In this document: positions 1-8,848 of the stretch, piece after piece
Position numbering within the stretch: the stretch's first letter is position 1
Layout: each line of letters begins with the position of its first letter
Assembly: GCF_022701215.1 (NCBI RefSeq)
Contig: NZ_CP089976.1
Location: forward strand, 630,001 to 662,000
Source of the DNA: Moraxella nasovis
GTDB lineage: Bacteria; Pseudomonadota; Gammaproteobacteria; Pseudomonadales; Moraxellaceae
DNA length: 32,000 nt
Direction: 5' to 3'
Program-made: the position numbers and the translations under genes
The notes under the pieces: generated by a model
Databases searched by the model: none
What the model saw: the letters and a program-made list of their open reading frames with translations, nothing else
Told to the model about the DNA's origin: nothing

Positions 1-257
1 GCTTCGATATCTGCACCTTGCTTACCAATGATTACGCCAGGACGTGCTGAGTGAATGGTAATTTTAGCCGCACCAGTAGGACGCTCAATGTAAATGTGAC
101 TGACCATTGCTTCTTTTAGCTTGTTGCGTAGATAATCACGCACTTTAAAGTCATTTAACAAATACTCAGAGTATTGCTTTGGGCTTGCATACCAGTTTGC
201 GTTATGCTTTTTAACAACGCCTAGACGGATACCAATTGGATGTACTTTTTGACCCAT
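1..257 (-). CDS. rpsC: 30S ribosomal protein S3, N-terminal part (gene runs off the window start)
   Basis: The reverse-strand translation from the ATG at 257 reads [26 protein letters not shown]..., the conserved S3 N-terminus. It lies directly downstream of rplV, as in S10 operons. Confidence 0.9.
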   Translation of the reverse strand, partial: MGQKVHPIGIRLGVVKKHNANWYASPKQYSEYLLNDFKVRDYLRNKLKEAMVSHIYIERPTGAAKITIHSARPGVIIGKQGADIE

Positions 258-259
258 GA

Positions 260-589
260 TTATGCTCCTACTTTAACAGTGATGTGACAAGTGCGTTTGC
301 TGATACGGTCAGCACGACCCTTGGCACGAGGCATAATACGCTTCAAAGTAATACCTTCATCAACGTAAATGGTAGAAACACGCAATGTGTCAATATCCAA
401 ACCGTTGTTATGTTCAGCGTTAGCAATCGCTGATTGTAGGCATTTCTTAACTAATTTAGCAGCTTTTTTATTGCTAAAAGTTAGGATATCCAAAGCACGC
501 TCGATTGATTTACCACGAACTTCGTCCGCAACCAATCTTACTTTTTGTGCCGAAATGGCGGCACCACGTAATTTTGCAGTTACTTCCAT
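260..589 (-). CDS. rplV: 50S ribosomal protein L22
   Basis: 109-aa ORF with [15 protein letters not shown]...AIANAEHN...MPRAKGRA, collinear with E. coli L22. It occupies the S10-operon position between rpsS and rpsC. Confidence 0.97.
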   Translation of the reverse strand: MEVTAKLRGAAISAQKVRLVADEVRGKSIERALDILTFSNKKAAKLVKKCLQSAIANAEHNNGLDIDTLRVSTIYVDEGITLKRIMPRAKGRADRISKRTCHITVKVGA

Positions 590-598
590 GGTAGCACC

Positions 599-874
599 TT
601 ATCTCTTAGATTTCTTATCAACGCCATGACCACGATATGAGCGGGTCGGAGCGAATTCACCGAGTTTATGGCCAACCATTTGCTCACTTACAATAACAGG
701 TACGTGTGTACGTCCATTATGGACTGAGATGGTTAGACCTACCATTTGTGGTAGAATCATCGAGCGACGAGACCAAGTTTTGATCGGTTTGCGGCTGTTG
801 CTTTCAAGAGCACTCTCAACCTTGGCAAACAAATGCGCATCGATAAATGGACCTTTTTTCAATGAACGAGGCAT
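599..874 (-). CDS. rpsS: 30S ribosomal protein S19
   Basis: 91-aa ORF starting [12 protein letters not shown] and containing ...VHNGR..VPV.., the S19 signature. Operon position fits. Confidence 0.97.
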   Translation of the reverse strand: MPRSLKKGPFIDAHLFAKVESALESNSRKPIKTWSRRSMILPQMVGLTISVHNGRTHVPVIVSEQMVGHKLGEFAPTRSYRGHGVDKKSKR

Positions 875-886
875 GAAACTTTTCCT

Positions 887-1714
887 TTATTTCTTGGCAC
901 GACGGCGACGGATGATCATATTGTCAGTACGCTTATTAGAGCGGGTTTTTAGACCCTTAGCTTTCTGACCCCAAGGACTTGTTGGATGTTTACCAAAGTT
1001 ACGTCCTTCACCACCACCGTGTGGGTGATCAATTGGGTTCATAGCCGTACCACGAACGGTAGGACGAACGCCACGCCAGCGATTAGCACCTGCTTTACCA
1101 AGTGATTTTAGGTTATTTTCTGTATTAGAAACTTCACCAATTACCGCACGGCAGTTTGCGTGAATACGGCGAGTTTCGCCTGAACGCAAACGTACGATCA
1201 CATAAGCACCATCACGACCAAGCAATTGAACCGCTGCACCAGCAGAACGGGCAATTTGAGCACCTTTGCCGATTTTTAGTTCAATGTTGTGAATGATAGT
1301 ACCCACTGGGATATTTTTAAGTGGCAAACAGTTACCTGGGCGGATTGGAGAACCTTCACCAGATTGAACCTGATCGCCTACTGCCAATTTTTTAGGGGCA
1401 ATGATATAACGACGCTCACCATCTGCATACTTTAATAATGCGATGTGTGCAGTACGGTTTGGATCGTATTCAATGCGTTCAACAGTTGCAATGATACCGT
1501 CTTTATTGCGTTTAAAGTCAATTAGACGATAATGTTGCTTATGACCACCACCGATATGACGGGTAGTGATGCGACCGTTGTTATTACGGCCACCAGTTTT
1601 AGCTTTTGATTCAACAAGCGGTGCATAAGGACGACCTTTAAAAAGGTGTGGATGCACTACTTTTTCAACAAAGCGGCGACCTGGTGAGGTTGGTTTTGCT
1701 TTTACGATAGGCAT
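887..1714 (-). CDS. rplB: 50S ribosomal protein L2
   Basis: 275-aa ORF with [14 protein letters not shown] and RGVRPTVRG motifs typical of L2. Confidence 0.98.
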   Translation of the reverse strand: MPIVKAKPTSPGRRFVEKVVHPHLFKGRPYAPLVESKAKTGGRNNNGRITTRHIGGGHKQHYRLIDFKRNKDGIIATVERIEYDPNRTAHIALLKYADGERRYIIAPKKLAVGDQVQSGEGSPIRPGNCLPLKNIPVGTIIHNIELKIGKGAQIARSAGAAVQLLGRDGAYVIVRLRSGETRRIHANCRAVIGEVSNTENNLKSLGKAGANRWRGVRPTVRGTAMNPIDHPHGGGEGRNFGKHPTSPWGQKAKGLKTRSNKRTDNMIIRRRRAKK

Positions 1715-1725
1715 GATTTTAATCC

Positions 1726-2055
1726 TTATTCGTTAGTCGCTGTTTCACTAGTGACTTCTTCACCAGCACCGATTTGTACGTCTGAACCTGCTTTTAAGGT
1801 GACATACGCTTTTTTCACGTCGTTGCGGCGACCAGTAACACGACCAAAACGCTTGGTTTTACCTTTAGTGTTTAGGGTGTTTACTTTAACCACTTCAACG
1901 CCTTCAAACATTAGCTCAACCGCTTGTTTGATTTCACGTTTGGTTGCATTGTTATCAACTTTGAAAACTTGTACACCAAGGCTGTCGCCCAAACGTTGAG
2001 ATTTCTCAGAAAATACAGGTGCTTTTAACACTTGATACAATCTTGCGTTACTCAT
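1726..2055 (-). CDS. rplW: 50S ribosomal protein L23
   Basis: 109-aa ORF with [10 protein letters not shown]...[17 protein letters not shown]. It has a 4-nt overlap with rplD and carries a short acidic C-terminal extension. Confidence 0.95.
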   Translation of the reverse strand: MSNARLYQVLKAPVFSEKSQRLGDSLGVQVFKVDNNATKREIKQAVELMFEGVEVVKVNTLNTKGKTKRFGRVTGRRNDVKKAYVTLKAGSDVQIGAGEEVTSETATNE

Positions 2056-2654
2056 GCTAGTGACTCCTCAAATTGTTTGGCAGCATCAACAGTCATGATA
2101 ACTTTATCAAAAGACACTAGGCTGACAGGATCAACTTCACGAGTGCCAAGTACATTGACATGCGGAATGTTGCGTGCAGCTAAGTACAAGTTTTCATCAA
2201 CTTCGCTGGTAACGATCAATGCACGTGGAGCATTTAGCTCAGCTAGTTTTGCAATCATTTCTTTAGTTTTTGGTGCAGATACTTTAATGTCATCAACCAA
2301 AATCAGACGGTCTTGACGAACAAGCTCTGCCAAAATGCATTGCATCGCACCACGATACATTTTGCGGTTTACTTTTTGAGACCAGTCTTGTGGCTTGGCT
2401 GCAAATGCACGACCACCACCAACCCAGATTGGACCACGGATAGAACCCGCACGAGCACGACCTGTGCCCTTTTGACGCCATGGCTTCTTACCACCACCAG
2501 ATACTTCGCCACGAGTTTTTTGTGCACGAGTACCTTGACGAGCACCAGCTAGGTAAGCAGTTACGACTTGGTGAACTAAAGCTTCGTTGAATTCACGACC
2601 AAAAGTCGTTTCTGATAATTCAACCGCCGCACCTGTAACAGTTTTTAAATTCAC
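2052..2654 (-). CDS. rplD: 50S ribosomal protein L4
   Basis: 200-aa ORF with [29 protein letters not shown], the L4 signature. Confidence 0.97.
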   Translation of the reverse strand: MNLKTVTGAAVELSETTFGREFNEALVHQVVTAYLAGARQGTRAQKTRGEVSGGGKKPWRQKGTGRARAGSIRGPIWVGGGRAFAAKPQDWSQKVNRKMYRGAMQCILAELVRQDRLILVDDIKVSAPKTKEMIAKLAELNAPRALIVTSEVDENLYLAARNIPHVNVLGTREVDPVSLVSFDKVIMTVDAAKQFEESLA

Positions 2655-2664
2655 GTTAATCCCC

Positions 2665-3303
2665 TTAGGCTTTCACTGACGGACGTACGATAACATCGCC
2701 ACCATTAGCACCTGGAAGTGCACCTTTGATGACTAGTACACCTTTTTCAGCATCAACAGACACGATTTCAAGTCCTTGAACGGTAACACGCTTGTTACCC
2801 ATTTGACCTGGCATCTTTTTGCCTTTAAATACTTTACCTGGTGTCTGGTTTTGACCAGTAGAACCAAGTACACGGTGTGATACAGAGTTACCGTGAGTTG
2901 CATCTTGAGTGCGGAAGTTGTGGCGTTTTACACCACCTTGGAAGCCCTTACCTTTTGATTGACCAGTTACATCAACTAACTGACCTGCTTCAAATAAGTC
3001 TGCCAAAATTTCTGTGCCAACTTCACGACCTTCAAGGTCAGCATCTTCAGCACGGAATTCCCAAACACCGCGACCAGCAGCTACGCCAGCTTTTGCGAAG
3101 TGTCCTTTTTGAGCAGCAGTTACACGACTTTCACGACGCTCACCTGTGGTGATTTGAATTGCGTTATAGCCATCGGTATCTACTGTTTTGATTTGCGAAA
3201 TGCGGTTTGCTTCAACCTCAACTACTGTTACAGGAATAGATACGCCTGCTTCAGTAAAAACTCGGGTCATACCGCATTTTTTACCGACTAAACCAATCGC
3301 CAT
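2665..3303 (-). CDS. rplC: 50S ribosomal protein L3
   Basis: The ORF track gives 2665..3315. The conserved L3 N-terminus [16 protein letters not shown] begins at the ATG at 3303, so I prefer that start. Confidence 0.96.
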   Translation of the reverse strand: MAIGLVGKKCGMTRVFTEAGVSIPVTVVEVEANRISQIKTVDTDGYNAIQITTGERRESRVTAAQKGHFAKAGVAAGRGVWEFRAEDADLEGREVGTEILADLFEAGQLVDVTGQSKGKGFQGGVKRHNFRTQDATHGNSVSHRVLGSTGQNQTPGKVFKGKKMPGQMGNKRVTVQGLEIVSVDAEKGVLVIKGALPGANGGDVIVRPSVKA

Positions 3304-3352
3304 GTTAGACCTCATTAATTAATCATTCGTTTAATATTAAACCAGTTGTTCA

Positions 3353-3664
3353 TTAGCCTAAGGCGATTTGAACATCAACACCAGCAGCCAAATCAAGTTT
3401 CATTAATGCATCAACTGTTTTATCAGTTGGTTGCACAATGTCAATCATGCGTTTGTGGGTGCGAATTTCATACTGGTCACGAGCGTCTTTGTTGACGTGT
3501 GGTGATGTCAATACGTTGAACCGCTCAATACGAGTCGGCAACGGCACAGGGCCACAAACTTGCGCACCTGTACGTTTTGCAGTATCGACAATCTCTTGTG
3601 CCGACTGATCAATCAAACGATAATCGAAAGACTTTAGTCGGATACGGATTCTCTGGTTAGCCAT
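3353..3664 (-). CDS. rpsJ: 30S ribosomal protein S10
   Basis: 103-aa ORF starting [21 protein letters not shown]. It is the first gene of the S10 operon, with an AGGAG Shine-Dalgarno sequence upstream. Confidence 0.97.
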   Translation of the reverse strand: MANQRIRIRLKSFDYRLIDQSAQEIVDTAKRTGAQVCGPVPLPTRIERFNVLTSPHVNKDARDQYEIRTHKRMIDIVQPTDKTVDALMKLDLAAGVDVQIALG

Positions 3665-3694
3665 GCCAACAAGCTCCTAATTAAGTGCTTTTTT

Positions 3695-3728
3695 AACCTC
3701 TAACTTCACCACTGTGAAGGATTAGGTT
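3695..3728 (-). promoter_or_regulatory. Stem-loop in the rpsJ 5' leader (possible translational operator)
   Basis: aacct-ctaa-cttcac-cact-gtgaag-gatt-aggtt forms a 5+6 bp helix with a symmetric internal loop, about 30 nt upstream of the rpsJ start. No U-tract follows it. Confidence 0.3.
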
Positions 3729-3833
3729 GCCATTTTTTTAATATTTTGTCCAATCGCATTGCTTTTAGACAAAATAAGCCAATCCCTGTCTACCATCCTA
3801 AAGGATAGCAACAGAGAAGTGTTTTATAGTGCC

Positions 3834-3859
3834 AAAAACGATGCTTCGGCTGTATCGTT
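3834..3859 (-). promoter_or_regulatory. Hairpin plus short U-run in the S10 leader (possible attenuator, or the rng terminator)
   Basis: The minus strand reads AACGAT-ACAGCCGAAGC-ATCGTT-TTTGG. This is a 6-bp stem with an inner GC/GC mini-stem, followed by only three extra U. Confidence 0.3.
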
Positions 3860-3952
3860 GTCTTTTTCGCCAATGATGACTACTTTTTAAATTTTTAGTA
3901 AAAGCAAAAACTTATACCAAAAACGACAACGCTAAACAATAAAAGTTCCTAT

Positions 3953-3980
3953 ATTATACACAAAATTTAGACAAAAGCAA
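3953..3980 (-). promoter_or_regulatory. Putative sigma70 promoter of the S10 operon
   Basis: The minus strand reads TTGCTT-16 nt-TATAAT. This would give a leader of about 280 nt before rpsJ. Confidence 0.4.
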
Positions 3981-3996
3981 GTCTATATTATGTTTT

Positions 3997-5166
3997 TTAA
4001 TTCAGATTTATCATAGATGATGTTAAACGATACGATGTACGACGCCTAGCAATTTCAATTAAGCCAAGTCGGCTAAAATCAGATACATAACTGATAAAAC
4101 TGTCTTTTTTCAGGGTATTTTTAAGTGATTTTAACACACTTTTTCGCATTGCAGCGTCTTTTATGTCAATAAAATCTATTATAATGATACCGCCAAGCCC
4201 CCGAAGTTTTAGCTGAGTAGCAATAACAGCAATCGCTTCAAGATTGGTTTGATGAGCAACGTTCACGCCTGCCTTGCCAACAAATGACCCTGAATTAACA
4301 TCAATAACTGTCATCGCCTCACATTCATCAATCAACAGATAACCCCCTGATGGCAAAACCACTTTACGATTCAACGCTCGAGTAAGCTTATCAATAACGG
4401 CAAAATCAGCAAACGCTGCCGCACAATAGCTCACCTTTATAGGTAGTGACTGTAACTGCACACAGATGGCTTGATTATCCGCTAAAATCACATCAGGTAA
4501 GTCTGACACTTCAAAAATAGCGTCATTCACCAGCTGCGATGCTAACGCCTGCTGGTATAAAAGCATCGGCTTTTTGGTGGTTTTGTAGGCGGTTATCACA
4601 TCGTGATAAATCTGCATAAGATACTCAAGCTGTGAATAAATAATGGCGTATATTTCATTAAAAGATTGGGGCTTAAGCAGTGCAAAATTAGTACGGATAA
4701 TCACACTACCCGTCATTTTAATCGTATCTAAAACTTGCTCTGCCATCGCCTTAGCACTGCGATCTAATCGCTTAGAAATGTGGTGCTTGGCAGATGATTT
4801 TGGCAACCATCTTATGTATTGCCCATCAAAGCCGATGTCTGTGCTAATGGTAGCCCCTTTATCGCCAATCTCATCTTTAATCACTTCAACTAAAATGAGT
4901 TCGCCTGTATATAAAGTGGATAGACATTTTTTACCATTTATCATCATCAGCTGATCAGCAGGTAAAAACGCCATCAAATCTCGACCAATATCCACAAAAG
5001 CACAATTTAACTGGGGTAAAATCCGCACAACCTTACCCAAAAAAATTGAACCTACAAGCGTATCGCCAAGCACGCTAAAATTAGTTAATTGTCCATGCTT
5101 TAAGGAGGCTGCCTGCCAAATGTATTCATCAGACTGATGAATTAAAAGGACGTGCCTATCTGTCAT
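3997..5166 (-). CDS. rng: Ribonuclease G (Rne/Rng family), C-terminally short form
   Basis: S1-like segment GSIFLGKVVRILPQLNCAFVDIG. Catalytic-core motifs VIDVNSGSFVG and GGIIIIDFIDI. It follows maf, as in mreBCD-maf-rng clusters. I prefer the start at MTDRHV (5166) over the track start at 5181. Confidence 0.85.
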   Translation of the reverse strand: MTDRHVLLIHQSDEYIWQAASLKHGQLTNFSVLGDTLVGSIFLGKVVRILPQLNCAFVDIGRDLMAFLPADQLMMINGKKCLSTLYTGELILVEVIKDEIGDKGATISTDIGFDGQYIRWLPKSSAKHHISKRLDRSAKAMAEQVLDTIKMTGSVIIRTNFALLKPQSFNEIYAIIYSQLEYLMQIYHDVITAYKTTKKPMLLYQQALASQLVNDAIFEVSDLPDVILADNQAICVQLQSLPIKVSYCAAAFADFAVIDKLTRALNRKVVLPSGGYLLIDECEAMTVIDVNSGSFVGKAGVNVAHQTNLEAIAVIATQLKLRGLGGIIIIDFIDIKDAAMRKSVLKSLKNTLKKDSFISYVSDFSRLGLIEIARRRTSYRLTSSMINLN

Positions 5167-5773
5167 GACACATCTCATCAATTAACGCCACAGTCTGGGC
5201 AAGTGGCAAGCCTACGACATTGGTATAACTGCCATGAATCGCCTTTACCCACGCCATCGCACCGCCTTGTATGGCATAGGCACCTGCCTTATCCTGTGGC
5301 TCGCCTGTCTGCCAATAGCGGTCTTTCATGTCATCAGTTAGCACCACAAATTCAACCGCTGTGGTACAAATAAAATGCCTTTGATGTGTGATGACACCAT
5401 CTTGTAGCCCACTAATACAAACCGCCGTCCAAACTTCATGCGTCCTACCTGACATCTTATCCCACATCATAAACGCATCTGCCCGATCAACTGGCTTAGT
5501 CAGCACCACCCCATCAAGCACACCAATCGTGTCTGCGGTAATGACCCATGAATATTGATGCGTATCTTGTGATGATTGGGTATCTTGTAGTAGCTGTACA
5601 GCCTGCTGTGCCTTATTTTGTACCATACGCACGACATAATCTTTGGCACACTCGCCTGCTTGCCACGTTTCGTCAATGTCAGCCTTTAAAACCTTAAAAT
5701 CCACACCTGCGGCAGCCAAAAGCTCTTGGCGACGTGGCGATGTTGAAGCTAAGATGATGTGTGGATTTTGCAT
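5156..5773 (-). CDS. maf: Maf-like nucleoside triphosphate pyrophosphatase (septum formation protein Maf)
   Basis: 205 aa with ILASTSPRRQELL near the N-terminus and GAYAIQG near the C-terminus, both typical of Maf/YhdE. It overlaps the rng start by about 11 nt. Confidence 0.9.
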   Translation of the reverse strand: MQNPHIILASTSPRRQELLAAAGVDFKVLKADIDETWQAGECAKDYVVRMVQNKAQQAVQLLQDTQSSQDTHQYSWVITADTIGVLDGVVLTKPVDRADAFMMWDKMSGRTHEVWTAVCISGLQDGVITHQRHFICTTAVEFVVLTDDMKDRYWQTGEPQDKAGAYAIQGGAMAWVKAIHGSYTNVVGLPLAQTVALIDEMCHDR

Positions 5774-6007
5774 ATATTTGCCTATTTGCTATTTTAGTTT
5801 TACCATTTTAGTTATTTAAAAATTGATTTAAAAATACCCTGTATGACTAGGGCGTGCCTGCCTTTTGTATTTGCAATGAAAAATGCCTATTAAAAGTAAG
5901 GGTAATCACACGATGATTAGATACAACCAATGCCAATTATACGCTCTCCTTGATTTTTTCGCCACTTCGGACGTTTGGGCAAATTAGACTTAAAAACATA
6001 AATAATT

Positions 6008-6035
6008 TTGAGCAGACAACAAGCTATGATACAAT
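6008..6035 (+). promoter_or_regulatory. Putative sigma70 promoter of gatC
   Basis: TTGAGC-16 nt-TACAAT, about 35 nt upstream of the gatC start. Confidence 0.4.
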
Positions 6036-6074
6036 TATATCATTTTTATTGATGCCTAAATTTAAGGAATGCCA

Positions 6075-6362
6075 ATGACCATCACCGCCCAAGATGTACA
6101 AAATTGTGCCAGACTCTCACGCCTTGCCATTGATGACACCACCGCCCAAAGCTATGCCAGCGGTCTTGATAAAATTCTAGCCATGATGGACGTATTAGAC
6201 GATGTAGACACACAAGACATCGCCCCACTTGCCAATATTCATGAAGCCTGCACCGATTTGCGTGCGGACGTGGCAGATACCAACATTGACAAAGACAGCT
6301 TTCAAAAGGTTGCCCCAAATGTACAAGACGGCTTATATCTTGTGCCACAAGTGATTGAATAA
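6075..6362 (+). CDS. gatC: Asp-tRNA(Asn)/Glu-tRNA(Gln) amidotransferase subunit C
   Basis: About 95 aa with ...VQNCARLSRLAIDD...LDKILAMMDVLDDVDT...LYLVPQVIE, the GatC pattern, lying upstream of gatA. The ATG at 6075 has better spacing from the AAGGA than the track start at 6069. Confidence 0.92.
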   Translation: MTITAQDVQNCARLSRLAIDDTTAQSYASGLDKILAMMDVLDDVDTQDIAPLANIHEACTDLRADVADTNIDKDSFQKVAPNVQDGLYLVPQVIE

Positions 6363-6560
6363 TAAGTAATCATCAAGCACAAGAGTCCAGACAAGTAACC
6401 TAGACAAGCAAATAACAAATACACCGCCCAACAAAAATAAACAAAACAGCTTAGTTACCCAAAGCAGTTAAAGCTTAAAAACGATGTACAGCTTAGGGCG
6501 ATTTCAAAGCAGTTAAACACCAAAAATCATTTAAAATATCCAAATATGACAGGCAATGAC

Positions 6561-8042
6561 ATGACACAATTTCATCAATTATCCGTCCATGAATTGGCAC
6601 AAGGCTTGACCAATAAAGACTTTTCAAGCGTGGAGCTGACAGAATATTTCATCAATCGCATTGGCAAATACGATGACACAATCAACAGCTTTATCACCCA
6701 TGATTTTGATCATGCCCTAAAAAATGCCCAAACAGCGGACCAATTGCGTACCAAAGGCGACACACGCCCCCTGCTTGGCGTGCCGATGGCTCATAAAGAC
6801 AACCTATGCACCAAAGGCGTACTGACTACGGCAGGCTCCAAGATTTTATATAACTTCGTCTCGCCTTATGACGCAACCGTGGTTGAGAATATCGCCAAGG
6901 CAGGATTTATCAACCTAGGCAAGCTCAACATGGACGAGTTTGCCATGGGGTCGGATAACGAATCTTCATACTTTGGGGCAGTGCATAATCCTTGGGATAC
7001 CGCCCGTGTACCTGGGGGGTCATCTGGGGGGTCGGCAGCTGCGGTAGCAAGTGGCTTTACCCCTGTCGCCACAGGCTCAGACACAGGTGGCTCTATCCGT
7101 CAGCCAGCAAGTTTTTGTGGCGTAACTGGCATCAAGCCCACCTATGGGCGTGTGTCTCGCTATGGCATGATTGCCTATGCGTCAAGCCTAGACCAAGCAG
7201 GCACCTTTGGCAAATCTGCCCTTGATTGTGCGTATCTGTTAAACCCCATGCAAGGACACGATGTCAAGGACGCAACATCTATCAACCGCCCCAATGATGA
7301 CTATGTGGCGGACATTTTGGCGGTTAAGACAGACGATAAGCCCTTAGCAGGCAAAAAAATCGGTGTTGCCAAAGCCTATTTTGGTCAAGGCTTGGACAGC
7401 GATGTTGAAAAATCAATCCGCACCGCCTTGGCTACCTATGAAGAGCTGGGGGCGACGATTGTGGAAGTGGACATCACCGACCCTGCAATCACTTTGGCGA
7501 CTTATTATCTGCTTGCCCCCGCCGAAGCCAGCTCCAATTTGTCTCGCTATGATGGCGTGCGTTTTGGCTATCGCTGTGAAGACCCCAAAGATTTGATGGA
7601 TTTGTACACACGCAGTCGCTCAGAAGGTTTTGGGGCGGAAGTGCAACGCCGTATCATCATGGGGACATACGCCCTATCGGCAGGCTATTTTGATGCCTAC
7701 TATACCAAAGCCCAAAAGGTTCGCCGTATCATCATGGAAGATTTCAAAAAAGCCTTTGAAACCTGCGATATCATCGCAAGCCCCACCGCACCGACAACCG
7801 CCTACAAATTGGGCGAATCGCTTGACCCTGCCACCATTTATCTTGGCGATGTCTATACCATTGGCGTAAATTTGGCAGGACTGCCTGCACTCTCCCACCC
7901 AGTCGGACAAGCAAACGGCTTGCCTGTGGGCTTACAGCTGATTGGCAAGCATTGGGCAGAAAGCGAGCTTTTAAAGACAGCTCATATTTATCAGGCGAAT
8001 ACTGATTTTCATGAGCAACTGCCTAAGTTTGCCAACACTTAA
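6561..8042 (+). CDS. gatA: Asp-tRNA(Asn)/Glu-tRNA(Gln) amidotransferase subunit A
   Basis: Amidase signature [12 protein letters not shown]...[12 protein letters not shown]. The sequence is collinear with Pseudomonas GatA from [16 protein letters not shown] onward. An alternative start lies at 6546. Confidence 0.97.
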   Translation: MTQFHQLSVHELAQGLTNKDFSSVELTEYFINRIGKYDDTINSFITHDFDHALKNAQTADQLRTKGDTRPLLGVPMAHKDNLCTKGVLTTAGSKILYNFVSPYDATVVENIAKAGFINLGKLNMDEFAMGSDNESSYFGAVHNPWDTARVPGGSSGGSAAAVASGFTPVATGSDTGGSIRQPASFCGVTGIKPTYGRVSRYGMIAYASSLDQAGTFGKSALDCAYLLNPMQGHDVKDATSINRPNDDYVADILAVKTDDKPLAGKKIGVAKAYFGQGLDSDVEKSIRTALATYEELGATIVEVDITDPAITLATYYLLAPAEASSNLSRYDGVRFGYRCEDPKDLMDLYTRSRSEGFGAEVQRRIIMGTYALSAGYFDAYYTKAQKVRRIIMEDFKKAFETCDIIASPTAPTTAYKLGESLDPATIYLGDVYTIGVNLAGLPALSHPVGQANGLPVGLQLIGKHWAESELLKTAHIYQANTDFHEQLPKFANT

Positions 8043-8055
8043 TTTTAAGGAAAAC

Positions 8056-8568
8056 ATGATGGACATCATCATCAAACGCACAGAACAAAAGTACAGCGAT
8101 GGCGTACAAGCACTTTATCTTAGCCCAAGTGTATATAGCCAAACCCTACATCTACCCAGTCAATCGGCGGATAATTGGAAAAAGTGGCTTGGCAATATCC
8201 CTGACCATGTGCATTCTTTTGTGGCGGTATGTGATGATGGTGTCAACCAAAAGGTGGTTGGCAATGTTGCCTTAAAACTTGAAACAGCTGAACGCAGACG
8301 ACATATTGGCAGTTTTGTGATTGCGGTACACGATGAGCATCAAGGTCAAGGCATCGGCAAAAAACTACTAAATACCATCATTGATTTGGCGGATAATTGG
8401 CTTAATTTAACTCGCCTAGAACTCACCGTTTATACCGATAACGAAAAAGCCATTCAGCTGTATCAAAAATTTGGCTTTGACATTGAAGGCGAGCATAGGC
8501 AGTTTGCATTTAGACACGGCAAGTTCGTCAATGCCTATACGATGGCAAGAATTAAGAGCGAAAGCTAA
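8056..8568 (+). CDS. GNAT family N-acetyltransferase (YhhY-like)
   Basis: Acetyl-CoA motif QGQGIGKKLL. The C-terminal half, NWLNLTRLELTVYTDNEKAIQLYQKFGFDIEGEHRQFAFRHGKFVNAYTMARI, closely resembles E. coli YhhY as I recall it. An AAGGA Shine-Dalgarno sequence sits 13 nt after the gatA stop. The track start at 8011 lies inside gatA and is unlikely. Confidence 0.85.
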   Translation: MMDIIIKRTEQKYSDGVQALYLSPSVYSQTLHLPSQSADNWKKWLGNIPDHVHSFVAVCDDGVNQKVVGNVALKLETAERRRHIGSFVIAVHDEHQGQGIGKKLLNTIIDLADNWLNLTRLELTVYTDNEKAIQLYQKFGFDIEGEHRQFAFRHGKFVNAYTMARIKSES

Positions 8569-8577
8569 GGAGTTGGT

Positions 8578-8844
8578 ATGCAAACTGTTACTTTGCAATT
8601 TGATGATGTCTATTATCAAGAATTGGTTAGTCAAGTGGGCGAAGACAATTTATCAGACTTTTTTAAAACAGTATCCGAACCCTATTTATGGCTTCACAAA
8701 AAAAGTCATGAGCCATCAGATGATGAATTAAGCCCAATGCACCGAAAAATCTTAGATGAACGCTTGGCAAGTTACCAATCTGATGGCAATAAAGGCAAGC
8801 CCTATCAATCGGTTTTGGCTGATATTCGCAAAACACTTGGTTAA
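8578..8844 (+). CDS. Putative type II antitoxin (addiction-module component, PF09720/TIGR02574-like)
   Basis: The C-terminal LSPMHRKILDERLASYQSDGNKGKPYQSVLADIRKTL fits the LS..K.LD.RLA.Y......P...V...IR pattern of that family. It lies immediately upstream of a ParE-like ORF. A GGAG Shine-Dalgarno sequence sits 9 nt after the GNAT stop. Confidence 0.7.
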   Translation: MQTVTLQFDDVYYQELVSQVGEDNLSDFFKTVSEPYLWLHKKSHEPSDDELSPMHRKILDERLASYQSDGNKGKPYQSVLADIRKTLG

Positions 8845-8848
8845 CTGT

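Noticed and set aside
369-3291. Numerous 60-100-aa plus-strand ORFs in the track (for example 369..629, 729..968, 1751..1999, 2032..2316, 2313..2552, 2877..3152 and 3100..3291), plus the minus-strand alternate-frame ORF 2293..2481 inside rplD.
   Set aside because: All lie entirely inside, and antisense to or out of frame with, unmistakable ribosomal protein genes. Their low-complexity, Cys/Ser/Thr-rich translations have no recognisable motifs, so they are shadow ORFs.
8011-8055. N-terminal extension of the GNAT ORF, overlapping the end of gatA.
   Set aside because: The conserved GNAT N-terminus and the AAGGA Shine-Dalgarno sequence support a start at 8056. The extension is simply an open frame across the gatA stop.
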